From Amoeboaphelidium protococcarum X5 (lineage: Eukaryota; Fungi; Aphelidiomycota), in assembly GCA_023515725.1 (NCBI GenBank), contig JALDTO010000179.1, positions 599,873 through 663,872 of the forward strand: a stretch of DNA of 64,000 nt, read 5' to 3'. The notes beneath the pieces were generated by a model. It was not told the origin of the DNA and did not search any database. It saw only the letters and a program-made list of their open reading frames with translations. A program made the translations under genes and the position numbers. Below are positions 27,376 to 40,400 of this stretch, piece by piece. Positions within the stretch are counted from its first letter, which is position 1. Each line of letters begins with the position of its first letter.

Positions 27376-27555
27376 AAACTCGACTTCAGGCTGACTCCTT
27401 GTCATTGAATGAAATGAACAGAGTTTTAAAAAAAGAGTTAAATAATATGTTTGAAGCTTATTATTCAATGGAACATCATTTAATCAAACTTAAATTAGAA
27501 ACCGCTTTAAATAAGGGCCATTAATGTGCCCGTAAACAACTACCAGCGAGTTAGA

Positions 27556-28116
27556 TCAGAAAGCATAACAAGCCATAGCAGTAGCGATCGCAAACGCGAC
27601 AAACTAAAGGTTCATCATGACTTCAGACGCGTCATTGCTAGAGTTGTTATTCTTATTATCACTGCTGGTGCCATTCTTCTTATTGGTAGGAGTAGCAGTG
27701 GATTTCTTGGTGGTGGAAGTAGCAGTGGCAGAAGTAGTTTTGTTACTAGCAGTAGGTGATCCACCCTCGAGCACGAAAGCGTGAGAGTAATTCACATCAG
27801 AGCCACCAGCCGTGATACGCACAGAGTAATCGCCACCAGCAGGCAAAGTGCTAGGAGCCTACCAGTTGAAAGACCCTGAATCAGCAGGGATATTTGCACC
27901 GATACTTTCCACAACTTTCAGATTGTTTGAATCACCAGTGACGAGATCCAGAGATACGGTGGAAGCGCCGCCACTGCCACCAGCCTTGACCCAGCCAATC
28001 TTGACGTTATCGCCAGCCTTCCAAACGGTGCCTTTGATAGGATTATTGATTGCATAGGACTGAGAGTAGATTTGAGCAGCGAGAGACGCGATTATTGTAA
28101 ATAACTAATATTGCAT
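27556..28116 (-). CDS. Ser/Thr-rich GPI-anchored protein (Kre9/Knh1-like N-terminal domain), 186 aa
   Basis: Signal peptide; INNPIKGTVWKAGDNVKIGW...GSFNWQAP...DYSVRI...NYSHAF; S/T/K tract; hydrophobic tail. Confidence 0.85.
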
Positions 28117-28934
28117 GTTTACTATTATTATTATGGTTGTTAAGACTTTTGTATATATATTATATTTATTTTAAAATATATAATGTTTTAAATTAAAAAT
28201 AAAAGAAAAAGAAATGCTTCAAGTTCAGGCCTAGAAGTACAAAGATCTAGTGATCAATCAATGCAGAGCTGTGATTGGCTTTGAAACAGCGCCTGATTAG
28301 AGCAAAGGTACATTCGGGTGACGCAAGAGATTGTTACATTGCAATCTGGCCAATCAGTCAGTCAGGTTCTAATCGATCTTGAGACACCGTCGGAAGGTGG
28401 AAATCATTAATGTGACACGAACAATTTCAGAATTCTCGCTTGACAGTAAATGATACTCTGCGTGACACACATTCACACAATAGGAAGAGCTGCTTTTGAG
28501 ATAGACTGTTCAAATGAAATACATTTAGATCAAGTATGAAGAGTTGCTCAATTTCGACTGTTTTTGTCCTAGTTTTCCACTATATATAGGATACACGAAG
28601 CTTTTTAGGCAATCTTATGAAACGTAGTTATACAACTGTTCATAAAATCAAGTAATTAAATTTTTGACTTCACACAATAAATGACGTATAAGCATGGTAC
28701 AGTATAGACACACTTCAGATACTGTAAATCATACGGCGGACTGCAAACAAAAATTTCAAACAATCGGCAATCGCCGGGCCGCAGCGTGATGAAATTCTCC
28801 TTCCGAGCGATTGTTGTAGTTGTTGAATAAAAGGCCTTCTTTACCCGCTTTCCCTGCTCTGTCTTGAGATTTTAATTACAATTTCTTTCGCTCTGTGATT
28901 TCGCAGCTGTATTCTTCTGTCTGTATATAATATT

Positions 28935-30326
28935 ATGCCTGTTGTAGTGCAAGATTCACTAAAGTCTTATACTTGGTAAGAAGTCGCTGAGCACAACACC
29001 CGAAAGAGTGCCTGGGTCACAGTTCATGGCAAGGTGTATGATGTCACACAGTGGATCGATAAACATCCCGCTGGTTCGGATGTTATTCTGCTGGCAGCTG
29101 GTCGAGATGCTAGCTAAGTCTTTGACACCTATCACATGAATGCAGTGAAAGCTGAGAAGACTTTGAACAAGTTTCTGATTGGCAGCGTGTCTAATAATGA
29201 ACTACCAGTGTTTTAACGTCGCAGCGAGTTCTTCAACGTCATGAAGACTAGGATTAACTAATACTTTAAAGATACCAAGTAGAATCCAAAGTTTCATTGG
29301 TCAATGTTGGCGCGCTATGCTATTGTGTTGGCAACTGTTGCTCTATCTTATTACTGCCAGTTCTTTGCTAACTCTATCGCCACCTCTCCTTTACTGTCTG
29401 GTGTATGTGCTGCAATTCTGGGATTCGCCTGTGCTCAAGTGGGTCTACTACCTTTGCATGATGCATCGCATTGTGCCATGACTAATAGATAGTGGGTTTG
29501 GAGATGTCTCGGGGCTTTGCATGATTTCATTAATGGTGCATCTTACTTGAATTGGTGTTATTAGCACATGTTGGGACATCATCCATACACCAACATCGCA
29601 AATGCCGACCCTGATATTACCACCAGCGATCCGGATGTTCGCCGCATCAAGCCATCACAGCGTTGGTACTCTAGATATGTTAATTAGTAGTACTTTGTAC
29701 CATTTTTGTATGGAGTCCTTGGAATGAAGGTGCGTCTGCAGGATGTGAATCTTTTGTTCATTGAGAAGAAGAATGATTCTATTCGCGTTAATCCTCCAGA
29801 GTTATGGCATTCCACTGTGTTCATTGCTGGTAAGGCGTTCTTTGTATTCTACCGTTTTGTGGTACCGCTGCTCTTCTCTCAGGTGTCTGTTGCCCGGGTG
29901 CTGATCAACTTTGTGATTGCCGATCTGGTGTCCAGTTACTGGTTGGCGTTGACCTTCCAGGCTAATCATGTCGTGGATGATGTTGAGTGGCCACTGCCTA
30001 ATGATTAGAATGAGATCAGTATGGACTGGGCAGAGATGCAAGTTGTCACTGCTCAGGATTATGCTCATAACTCATTCTTTTGGACTAACTTTGCCGGCTC
30101 TTTAAACTATCAAGTTATCCATCACGTATTCCCCAACATTTGCCAACATTATTATCCAGAGATTACTCCTATCGTAATGAAGACTTGTCAGGAGTATGGA
30201 ATACGCTACCGAGTGAAAGACACGTACTGGGAAGCCATTGGAGGTCACCTGTCTCATCTGAAGAAGATGGGCGACGGTCAAGGTGTTGCTGCATCTGAGA
30301 GTATCAGCAGTGGGAAAGAAGAGTGA
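28935..30326 (+). CDS. Front-end (cytochrome b5 fusion) delta-5 fatty acid desaturase
   Basis: b5 domain with HPAG; His boxes [16 protein letters not shown] and QVIHHVFP. Confidence 0.92.
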
Positions 30327-30410
30327 TTTTGATTATAAAAGTTGTAATAATGTTGCTTTACTTAAAGCAAATTATAAGTGATTTAAATTGAGAAGGGAAG
30401 ACTTTCATTA

Positions 30411-31535
30411 TCAGTCAATATCTTCACTTTAGAGACCACTTTTGGATAGACATTATTTAAAGTCTTGCAATGTCAGTTATCTGACTGCCTCATTACCCAA
30501 TTAAACTCCACCAGTACAACCTTGATTCTTTTTTAGCATTTAACGCATAGGAATCAGGGCCACTTCACGACACAACTCTTTCAAGTCACTTCCGCTACAA
30601 TCCTGAGTATTATCAGCGACATATTACAGTGTAGCATCACGGTCAGCTATAGGCACACCCTTCAATATGACATCAAGAATCTTCAAGCGCGCCGACCTGT
30701 CTGGCATCGGGACCAAGTATCTCTTTGGCATACGCCTCAAGAATGCTTTATCTATATCCTGTGCTCTATTGGTTGCACCAAGAATAATAATGGCATCCTA
30801 ACTGTCGTTGAGTAGTCCATCCCACAGCGACATGAACTCGGCCTTCATCATCCCTGTCACCTCGTGATCAGACTGGGACCTCTCCCTCAGGAAGGCATCA
30901 ATCTCATCAATGAAGATGATTGACGGCTACAACTTCTTGGCCAGGCTAAATAGAGCATGGACCAACTTTTGCGACTCACCAAACCATTTCTCTGTTAGAG
31001 TCGACACGTGTATATTAATAAAGGTGGCATTAGACTCTTTACTCAGAGCTTTCGCCAGCATAGTTTTACCATTACCGGGTTCGCCGTAGAAGAGGACACC
31101 CTTAGGTGGACTTATGAGATTATTCAAGCTAGAATTTTACTACTTTCTAACATTATTGCTATCGTCCGTGGATTATTGGACATCAATAGATTAAGAATTA
31201 TTCTATAGTTACTAACATAGTACAAGAGGATAGAGCACAGTCTCTTTGATATCTTCAATCAAGTGCTCAATTCCACCAATATCACAGAATCGCACGTTCA
31301 AATCATCCGGGTGTACAATCTCCGTGGCTATAATCTACTCATATTCATTCAAATCATTGGACGCAGATGATTTCAGACCAAGTCGCTGCAAGATTGATTT
31401 GGACTTGAGCACACTCTGGTCCTTCTTCTTACGCATTGGATCCAATTCCTTCAGAGCATACTTTAATCCATACCAAAGCACCACTTGGCCTACCACCAGC
31501 AAACCAAGATCCACCCAGTTCTTCTTTGTCAGCAT
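30411..31535 (-). CDS. MSP1: AAA-ATPase Msp1/ATAD1
   Basis: N-terminal [62 protein letters not shown]. Confidence 0.95.
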
Positions 31536-32065
31536 TCTCACAAATAAATTAAGTGATAAAGTATTTCCAATATAATATAGATTTAAACACAGACCGCGTA
31601 GAATTATTAATTATCGCTGGTGCCGATTTTCAGTAATAATTGGAGCAGAAAACCGATTGTCGGGGATCATAATTTACACCAACACTGAAAACTGCAATAT
31701 CTGCCATGATATTTAGCTGTTTGAATTGATAGAAGCTCGAATATACGCAATACAGAGATTAAACAATTATAAAATATCTATGAACGTGTTTTCTCTTTTG
31801 TAATGTCCTACAGTCCGCTGATTTTATAGATATGTAGTAGGCTTTACCCAACGATGAGGCTGTCGAAAACTCCATTGAATGCAAGCGCGATTATAACAGA
31901 AGTCTTGACCTCTATTAAGCTCATTGCCGCGTCAAAATTTAAGACTTACCGGTGGAATAGACACCACGATATATTGGTTGAATGAATAATCATTACTTAA
32001 TTCACGGAGACTGAGCCCGTTGACACGTTCCTCTAAGATATAACATCGTTACGCAGTGATGTGTT

Positions 32066-32761
32066 TCAATCATCCAATACTCTCCTTGTTGGTATGTCTT
32101 CTTGATAGTATTCAATATACTCCTTTGGAATATTATTAGAGAGCATTGTAAAGAATTTATCTTCATCATGTATTCCACATACAACCAATTATTAATTTTC
32201 ATAATCCGGTGTTGCCTACCAGACACCAGCTTTGCTCAAATCATCCCATGTACTGTCAAGGATACCGCCCTATTACAGATCAAACAACTTATCAAATGGA
32301 CTTAGTTCAAGTTTTTATAACACGCTTGCACCTGCATCTAATCTATGAGATTCTTTGTAGTTATTATCCAACTCGAAATGCTTCATAGATGATTGAATCT
32401 ATAAAAATATCTCGCGAACAGCCTCCATGATATCTTTTAATGCGCGTAAATCAACCTAAATTAATTGCTTATTACGCCTTGTTATATGAGTAGTCAACAC
32501 GGAAACTAGCTCTTCCTCCTCATTCTTTACAGTACAGTCAAAATACGCAGCAAGTCTTACACAAATCACCAACTTCTTTCGATGCAATGAAGTTAGCTTA
32601 TCACTTTCACAGTAGGTGTGTAATTCTGAAATAAGCTATTCAATATCAGCGATGATATCCGCTGCAAATTGTTTAAACTAAATCTTGTCAAGAGGATGAA
32701 GATGAGCTGCCGGACATTTAAATAACCGGGTCTTTATCCTTAGTAAAGCGTGATCTACCAT
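32066..32761 (-). CDS. Hypothetical protein, 231 aa
   Basis: Open table-6 ORF MVDHALLRIKTRLFKCP...RRVLDD-TGA. No recognised motif. Confidence 0.55.
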
Positions 32762-32890
32762 GGCTACCAGGTGAAATACTTATTTTGGGTCGGTCGGTAT
32801 CGCTGTTACGAAGCATCAATTACTTGCACACAGTTTTTGTCCAAACCGTTGAAACGTTGTCCGGGGGGAAAGTTTAAATCACAAGCGATT

Positions 32891-34582
32891 ATGATGATGT
32901 TTAAGCATAACTTGAGACTTGGCTCTACCTACATTCCGCGTAATGCGGCTTATAAAAAGGTATTTTAATCCATTAGGGTCTTTGTAACTATTATTCAAGT
33001 TTTTGTACTGCTTGTGATTGTGTAGCTTTAAAGCGCTGATGTGGATTACTTTCGGCGGGTGGTTGGTGCTAAGGTTCTAACTTCCTTAGGCGATGGCTAA
33101 TAAGGTGGTTCTAATGCTGCATCTTCTGATGATCTAAAGCAATTTAACTGCGATTGGATGAACAAGTACCGAGGTGAGAGTCAGCTTGTTGTTATGCCCG
33201 AAAGTACGCGTCAAGTGTAGTAGATTCTGAGTTATTGCGCTCATTAAAAGTTGGCCGTTGTACCTCAGGGTGGTAATACTGGACTTGTTGGAGGAAGCGT
33301 ACCCGTACATGATGAAGTCATACTGTCCACCTCATGCATGAACAAGATTATCAATTTTGATCCGATATCTGGTGTTCTCACTGCGCAGGCTGGTTGTATA
33401 CTGGAGACTCTTAATGACTACGTGACTGAGAGAGGACACGTTATGCCTTTAGATCTTGGTGCTAAAGGATCTTGTTAAATCGGAGGTAATGTAGCGACTA
33501 ATGCTGGTGGTCTCAGACTTCTGAGATATGGAAGTTTGAGAGGAACTGTGTTGGGACTTGAAGCTGTCGTGCCGTCTGGTATAAGCGGTAATTCCAATTT
33601 AGACTCGGAGGATACATCGATGTAGTATGCAACTGTTATAAGTGACTTGAAGGGCCTGCGAAAGGATAACACTGGCCTTGATCTGCGTGGATTATTCATT
33701 GGCAGTGAAGGGTATTTGGGGATGATTACAGCAGTGTCCATATTAACACCTCCTCTATCTCAGTCTATTAATGTGGCATTACTCAAGCTCGAGTCTTTTT
33801 ATAAAGTATAGAAACTTTACCTAGAGGCTAAGTTACGACTGGCAGAGATTGTAAGTGCTTTCGAGTTTTTCGACTCTTCTGCTTTATAGATGGTGCACTA
33901 ATAGATGCCTCATGTCAGATCTCCATTGGCTTCATAGAATGTCTCATCATCATCTGTTGGTACCGATGTTAATTCTTAGTAGGATTTCTATGTTCTTCTT
34001 GAAACTTCGGGATCTAATATGGAACATGACCAGGACAAGTTATAGTCTTTTCTCAGTGACATGATGGATGGTGATGATGGTCAAGTTATCGTTGACGGAG
34101 TGCTAGCACAGGATCGTGCATAAGCCAACCAGATTTGGTCCATCCGAGAGGGAATTCCAGAGGCTTGCTCTAAATCTGGCGCGGTGTACAAGTATGACAT
34201 TTCAATGCCTGTACCTGTTCTATACAAGCTTGTTGAAGATACCAAATAACATCTGCGATCATGTGGCATCTTCTAGTCTAATCATGAACAGAATAATATT
34301 GTGAACGACGTTATTGGTTATGGTCATGTTGGCGATGGTAATCTCCATTTGAATGTTAGTGCCAAAGGATACAATGAGAAGGTGTAATCATGCCTGGAGC
34401 CGTGGGTGTATGAGTGGACGTAGAAGCATGGTGGTTCTATAAGCGCGGAACATGGTCTAGGTGTAATGAAGAGGGACTATGTCGGTTACAGCAAGACGCC
34501 GCAATCGATCCACTTTATAAAGCAGATCAAAGACATCTTTGATCCTCACCACATCATGAATCCGTATAAATATATAGTGTGA
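32891..34582 (+). CDS. DLD2: D-2-hydroxyglutarate/D-lactate dehydrogenase (FAD-linked); probable intron 32960-33025
   Basis: [44 protein letters not shown] (Q=TAA), [25 protein letters not shown]. Confidence 0.95.
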
Positions 34583-34778
34583 TTTCTTGACATAAGCTTG
34601 GGATTAATAGCCGGTAGTACTACAAACGTTCATGCCGCTGTTATGTACAAAAAGAAATATTGAAAGGTGACAGTTGCATTACATTTTTTTGATATTCCTC
34701 ATTACTCATATTTCATTCCCCTTCATAAATTCCGATATACTCCCAAAATATTCATTGAATCAACCAGCAAGATAAAGC

Positions 34779-35483
34779 TCAAAAACGGAAACTCTTGACG
34801 TACTCCTTTACAGCCTCAGGAATGTCAGCAGTCAGCAATTGTTGACGTCTGCATTCAACGTTAGTAGGGATGTTGAACACGCTCTTCTCTACCTTGTCAG
34901 TGTTAAAGTCAAAGTAGAGAGTGGAAGACTTTAAATTGTAGTCACCATTGCGAATATTCTACTCTTTTGCGACCCAGTCGTTGGTGCTGACATCGACAAA
35001 GTAACGATCAGTCATTTGACCATCGTTCTCGGAGTACTTATAAGAGTCGACCAATTTGCCAGCATAGAACTGAGTACGCTCAAACTTGTAAGATTTCTAA
35101 GGAGCTGAGCTGCCATCGCCTTCATAAACGACACAGTCGACATCACCATCAGAGTTCTTCTATGAGAAGGTGTAGAGCTTGCTGTCAACAAAGAACAGGG
35201 TGGCATTGAAGTTCTAGCTTTTGACATTAGCTTTGGCTTTCATTGCAGAAAAATCAATCCACTCTTCAAAATACAACGGCGCGGTAGTGGTATTGAGGGA
35301 AAACAGAGAGCTAGCATGGTACTGCTTAGGCATAGGCAGTTCATCCTTGGCAGCAGCAGCGACACCAGCAGAAGACAGAGGACGATCCAGACCCAGCTCA
35401 GTCTTGAACACCAGCATCTCCATCCAGCTAGGCATAGCAGAAGCGACAGCACACAGAGCAGTTACAACAAAAACAGTCTTCAT
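34779..35483 (-). CDS. Secreted ependymin-related-like protein, paralogue of 8194-8895, 234 aa
   Basis: Highly similar DNA and protein to the 8194 gene, in inverted orientation. Confidence 0.75.
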
Positions 35484-36177
35484 ATTAATAGATGTTCACC
35501 CTAAAAGGATATATAATCAAGACGAGTGTTTATCAGTTAGCGAATGTTAAGCGAAGAGAAGAGGAAGGCGGCAACTTAAAGCACGCAATATCGGCACTTA
35601 AAACTAAGGGGTGATAATCGCCACGTCTTGCACGAAAATCTTTCTCACAGGTAGCAGAGTGACTATCCTGGTTATCCAGCACCCGACTCTTCAGTCGATC
35701 AGCGAGCGATCAGTAAAGCGACGGGTTCATTACGCGGGTCGTAACTTTAACTGCGCCTCATCGCCCTGACTGCTCTGTAATGAACCAATAAAGATAAGGT
35801 AAGATATGCTTTAGGTCTTTATCAAGTTCTGTTCGCAGTTACTAAAATTCGCTCAACACGCGAAGTATCAAAAGATGTGAAGATGGGCAGTTTAATTCTT
35901 CTACTTCTTCTTCTTCTTCTTCTTCTACTTATAAGTTCAAACGTGCACCAATTGTGACACCAATTGTGACACTTATAAATAGATCATCTTCTGATTGGCC
36001 CGCCATTCCAATATCTTGATCCAGCCAATCAGTGGCCAAGTTGAGCATTTCCACAGCTTCCCATCGCGTTTCAACTACGCTTCCCCATGTCCATAATCCT
36101 TTTCCTCATTAACAACTGTACTTGGTCAAAATAATCGTATCACAAATCAAATCAAATCTACTGCAAGAAAAGAAATC

Positions 36178-37086
36178 ATGCCTACTTATTTTAATGGTGT
36201 TGTCGGCTTTATCAGTGCCCAGGACTAGCTTGGCACTCCTGTCTCCAAGCAGGGTTCCGCGGTGAGTTACAAGTATCCTCTGATGGTGGATGGCGTCTGC
36301 GCCACCGAAGCTGATATTGATTAGCCGATCCGTTTATCTGTCTGGCCAAATGATCAAAAGTTAATTCAAATCCCACAACTTGATGAGTCGTACATGGTAT
36401 CCGGCGAGTTGCACGTCAGTGACTCTGGAATACCTACCGTGGTTGTTGAACGAATGTTTCGTATTGAGCTCATGTGCGATTACATTCCAATGCCAATGGT
36501 GTCAGTGTTTGGTCCTATAGCGTTGAAACAAGCCGGAGTTGTAACCACAACGGTTGACACCTATGTTTCGGCTGCTAAAAAAACCCAAACTTTCACTGCC
36601 AAATCAGAGTACATGGAACAGCGTTATGGCAGAGGGTTATCCAGTGCGTCAATTGGAAGCACTTTGGTTAGTCATGGCCTTTTGCGCAAAATCACGCCAA
36701 CGGAAATCAATCTCATGCAGTCTGTCGTTCAGCAAATACGCTCGACGCCAGCAGCCAGTACTCCCATGAAAGCTGGGAGTTTCTGGACTAATAAGAAACG
36801 CCGCGTTAACTCTGAACAAACTTCCTCCCCTTAGTCTGTCACTCCTCCTTCCATGCAATCCTCCACTTCATCCTCTGCTCAACAATCTTCGAGCAAAATG
36901 GTGGCGCCATCTTCCATTACGGCCAATAATGAGGTAGGGGTGTCTAACGATCAATAATCATCTTCTGATTCGGTCGATGCGGGGTAAAATGAAGCAATTG
37001 ACATCACAAGTGATGCGGACTCTCCTTAAAATGATCAAGTGGTTCCTCTCAAGAAGTCGCGTAGGCAGAGAAAGGGTAAGCAATGA
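36178..37086 (+). CDS. Helitron accessory ORF1, 302 aa; beta-rich (possible tandem OB folds) with Ser-rich basic tail
   Basis: Open table-6 ORF inside the element; NLS-like KKRR and KKSRRQRKGK. Confidence 0.7.
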
Positions 37087-37400
37087 AGAATTGTTAGTCG
37101 ATGATACTTTTGAAAATTAATGATGATGAAAAAGGTGATTCAAATGAATAATTTAAATTTAAATAATGGCTCGCGTTTCTTAAAATTAGACAATTATTCC
37201 CCTGATTCAAATATCAGAAATTATTAAATGAGAATATCTCAATGATTAATAAATGTTCATAATGATTGTTTTCATTCATCCAAATCTATTTATATCACAT
37301 TATAGCAACAGATAACTGAAAATTGCTTTGATTGAGATATAGCTTTACGCAAATTAGTACGTGAAATCGACACTACAATCCAGGAAATTAAAAATTTGAA

Positions 37401-40400
37401 ATGAATAACTAACGACAATGCTAATTTATCTACACTAATCGTACAGTATACGATAACAATGAAGTTATAGAAGCTGGCCAAAGATGTCCCAATGATGCTA
37501 ATCCAAATGGATATTGCCGTACACATCGTTATAGAGCACGAAATCTTGCGCGCCAGATGTTAAATCCGGCGAGATAACCGAGATAATTAAGACAAGCAGG
37601 TGTCCGACCACGTGGTAGAAATTATCAATGCTAATTTATCTACACTTATCGTACAGTATACGATGACAATGAAGTTATAGAAGCTGGCCAAAGATGTCCC
37701 AATGATGCTAATCCAAATGGATATTGCCGTACACATCGTTATAGAGCACGAAATCTTGCGCGCCAGATGTTAAATCCGGCGAGATAACCGAGATAACCAT
37801 AACAAGCAGGTGTCCGACGACGTGGTAGAAATTATCAGTAAGCCATGATCACATTGTAACAAGCTGAAAGAGTTCAGCCCTTTCGCCTATAAGTGTAAGT
37901 ATAGTGTCCCTTTTGCCATGCTCTCATATGGCCTGAAGAAATGACGCGGCGTGAAGGCCAAGGTGGTCCATCACCAAACATATGTTGTGGAAACGGCTAT
38001 CTAACGTAGATTCCATTATGGCCTCAACTACCACCATACTTAACAGATTTGTTGGAGGGTAATGATGCCAGATCAAGAAATTTTCGCACCTACATTCGTG
38101 GTTATAACAGTGTATTATCTTTTGGTAGTTTTGTAGCTAACATAAATAAACGCTATCTTAATAGGGCAGATAATAATGGCATTTATGCTTTTCAAGTGCA
38201 AGGAGCAATTTATGTTACAATGCCAAATATTGGCGGTGATTATGGTCGAAATGCAGATGCCTATTTGTTAGATCCATAGTTTGCTATGGCCAACAGATTG
38301 CTTAATGACGAAATTCTGGATCGGGAAATTGTTCTCAACCTTGCGCAAATCATAGAACAGATTAGTCCATTAGCGCGTCAATATGTAACAATTAAGGAAT
38401 AAAATTTGCTGCAATAATATGATGCGATTGGGCTGAGATTAATACCAACAGCAGATTACAACTAAAGACTACCCGAAGTCCATGAAATAGCAATGATACT
38501 GCCAGGTGATATTTATGCTGATTAACGAGATGTAAATGTGATAGCCAACGTCCGAAATCCTTAAGATCCAGATGACGACCGTACATTTGTAAGTATGATG
38601 AACCCAGCATTTGATTCAATTGCCATGACGTTAGTATTTCCAGGACATCCCCAGGGATATCATCCAGGCATTAGAATTAATGGCGAATCTGTTTCACCTA
38701 TGGATTTTTACAGATATCACTTCATGTTTAGATAAGAAACATCGGCGTATTTCAGAATGTGCGCACTGTTTCATCAGAACCTCCTCATTCAGTATATGAA
38801 GGTGCTTACGCAGCGTTTAGATTTTCTCCGATTCCATTAGAATGATATTGGCGCAGAGGTGTACAGAGGCAGAGACTACCATGGATAAGCAATTATACTC
38901 CCTGCGTCCCACACTGGGTCTCCGAGATACATGTCTGAAAAGTACGCAGATTGCGTGGCGATTGGAACAGTATTTGGTAAGCCTACCTTCTTCTAGACGG
39001 TGACTGCAAATCCAAACTGGCCAGATATTCAAAACGCATTGCTGCGAGGCTAAACAGCAAATGACAGACCAGACAAAGTTTGCAGAGTATTTAAACTGTA
39101 TCTGGACGAAATCATGGACGACATCAAGAAGAACCAAGTATTTGGTGAAGTTTTAGCACTGACATACACCGTCGAATGGTAAAAGAGGGGTCTACCTCAC
39201 GCACATATTCTCATATGGATAGAGAATCCGCCAACTGAACCGCGATAAGTTGACCGTTTCATAAGCGCCAAAATTCCAGATCATGCCACACCGCGTCTAA
39301 GGGAAAAAGTACTAAGATACAACATTCATGGTCCATGTGGTTTGATTAATCCCAATTCTCCATGCATGTAGAATCCAAATCATGTCTGCAGTAGAGGCTA
39401 TGCGAAAGAATTTAGCGAGTTTACCAGATTTAATGAAGATGACTTCCCTGTATATGCCAGACCATTAGACGTTGCCAATCACCATGTGCGTCCGGATGGA
39501 ACAGTCATAAACAACCAATGGGTTGTTCCTTATAATCCCTATCTGACCGCGAAATATGACTGCCATATCAATGTTGAATTTGTAGGCAATTAAGCTATGA
39601 TGAAGTATTTGTACAAGTATGTGCATAAAGGACCAGATGCAGCTCTAGCGGAACTCGATCGTGATGAAATAACTGAGTACTTGAACTCAAGATATATCTC
39701 AACATAAGAGGCCGTGTGGCGTCTATTTAGTTTCGATATATGTGTTCATTACCCAGATGTCATGAAGTTGAACATTTATCTACCTGATTCAAGATTTGCG
39801 GCCAATTCTGAATTGGTAGCGTACTTCAATTACAATGCTACTGCAGAGCCAGATAATCCTTGCCATAGAATGTTGTATGTAAATTTTCCAACACTGTTTA
39901 CCTTCAAAAAAGGAGATCGATAGTGGAAAATGCGGGAACGAGGACAAACGTTAGGTAGAATTCCATTCATCAACCCCGTGGAGGGTGAGCGTTATTATAT
40001 CAAGTTACTGTTAAACAATACTCCTGGGGCTAAATCTTATGAACACTTGAGAACGCATCGCAATGTGATATATCCCACATTTAGGCAAGCAGCTGAAGTA
40101 CGTGAATTGCTTGCAGAGGAGGAGCAGTATTATTTGGCAATGATGGAAGCAAGGAATATCTTAATGCCAAGGGCAATGCGATAGTTATTTGCGTTGATTT
40201 TATCTGAGACTGACATTGCAAATTATGGAGATCTCTTTGCACATTTCTAAGATGACATGATGTAAGACTACCAACACCAGAGACTAGAAAATCCATTGCA
40301 ACATTTGCTGACAGATCTGCATCGACTATTGTTATAAATGGGCAAATCATTGTACAATTACCCAGACATAAATGTTGATCAAGTTGATTTAGATATTCCA

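Noticed and set aside
37416-37835. CRISPR-like array
   Set aside because: Two 210-bp coding repeats without spacers, in a eukaryotic context.
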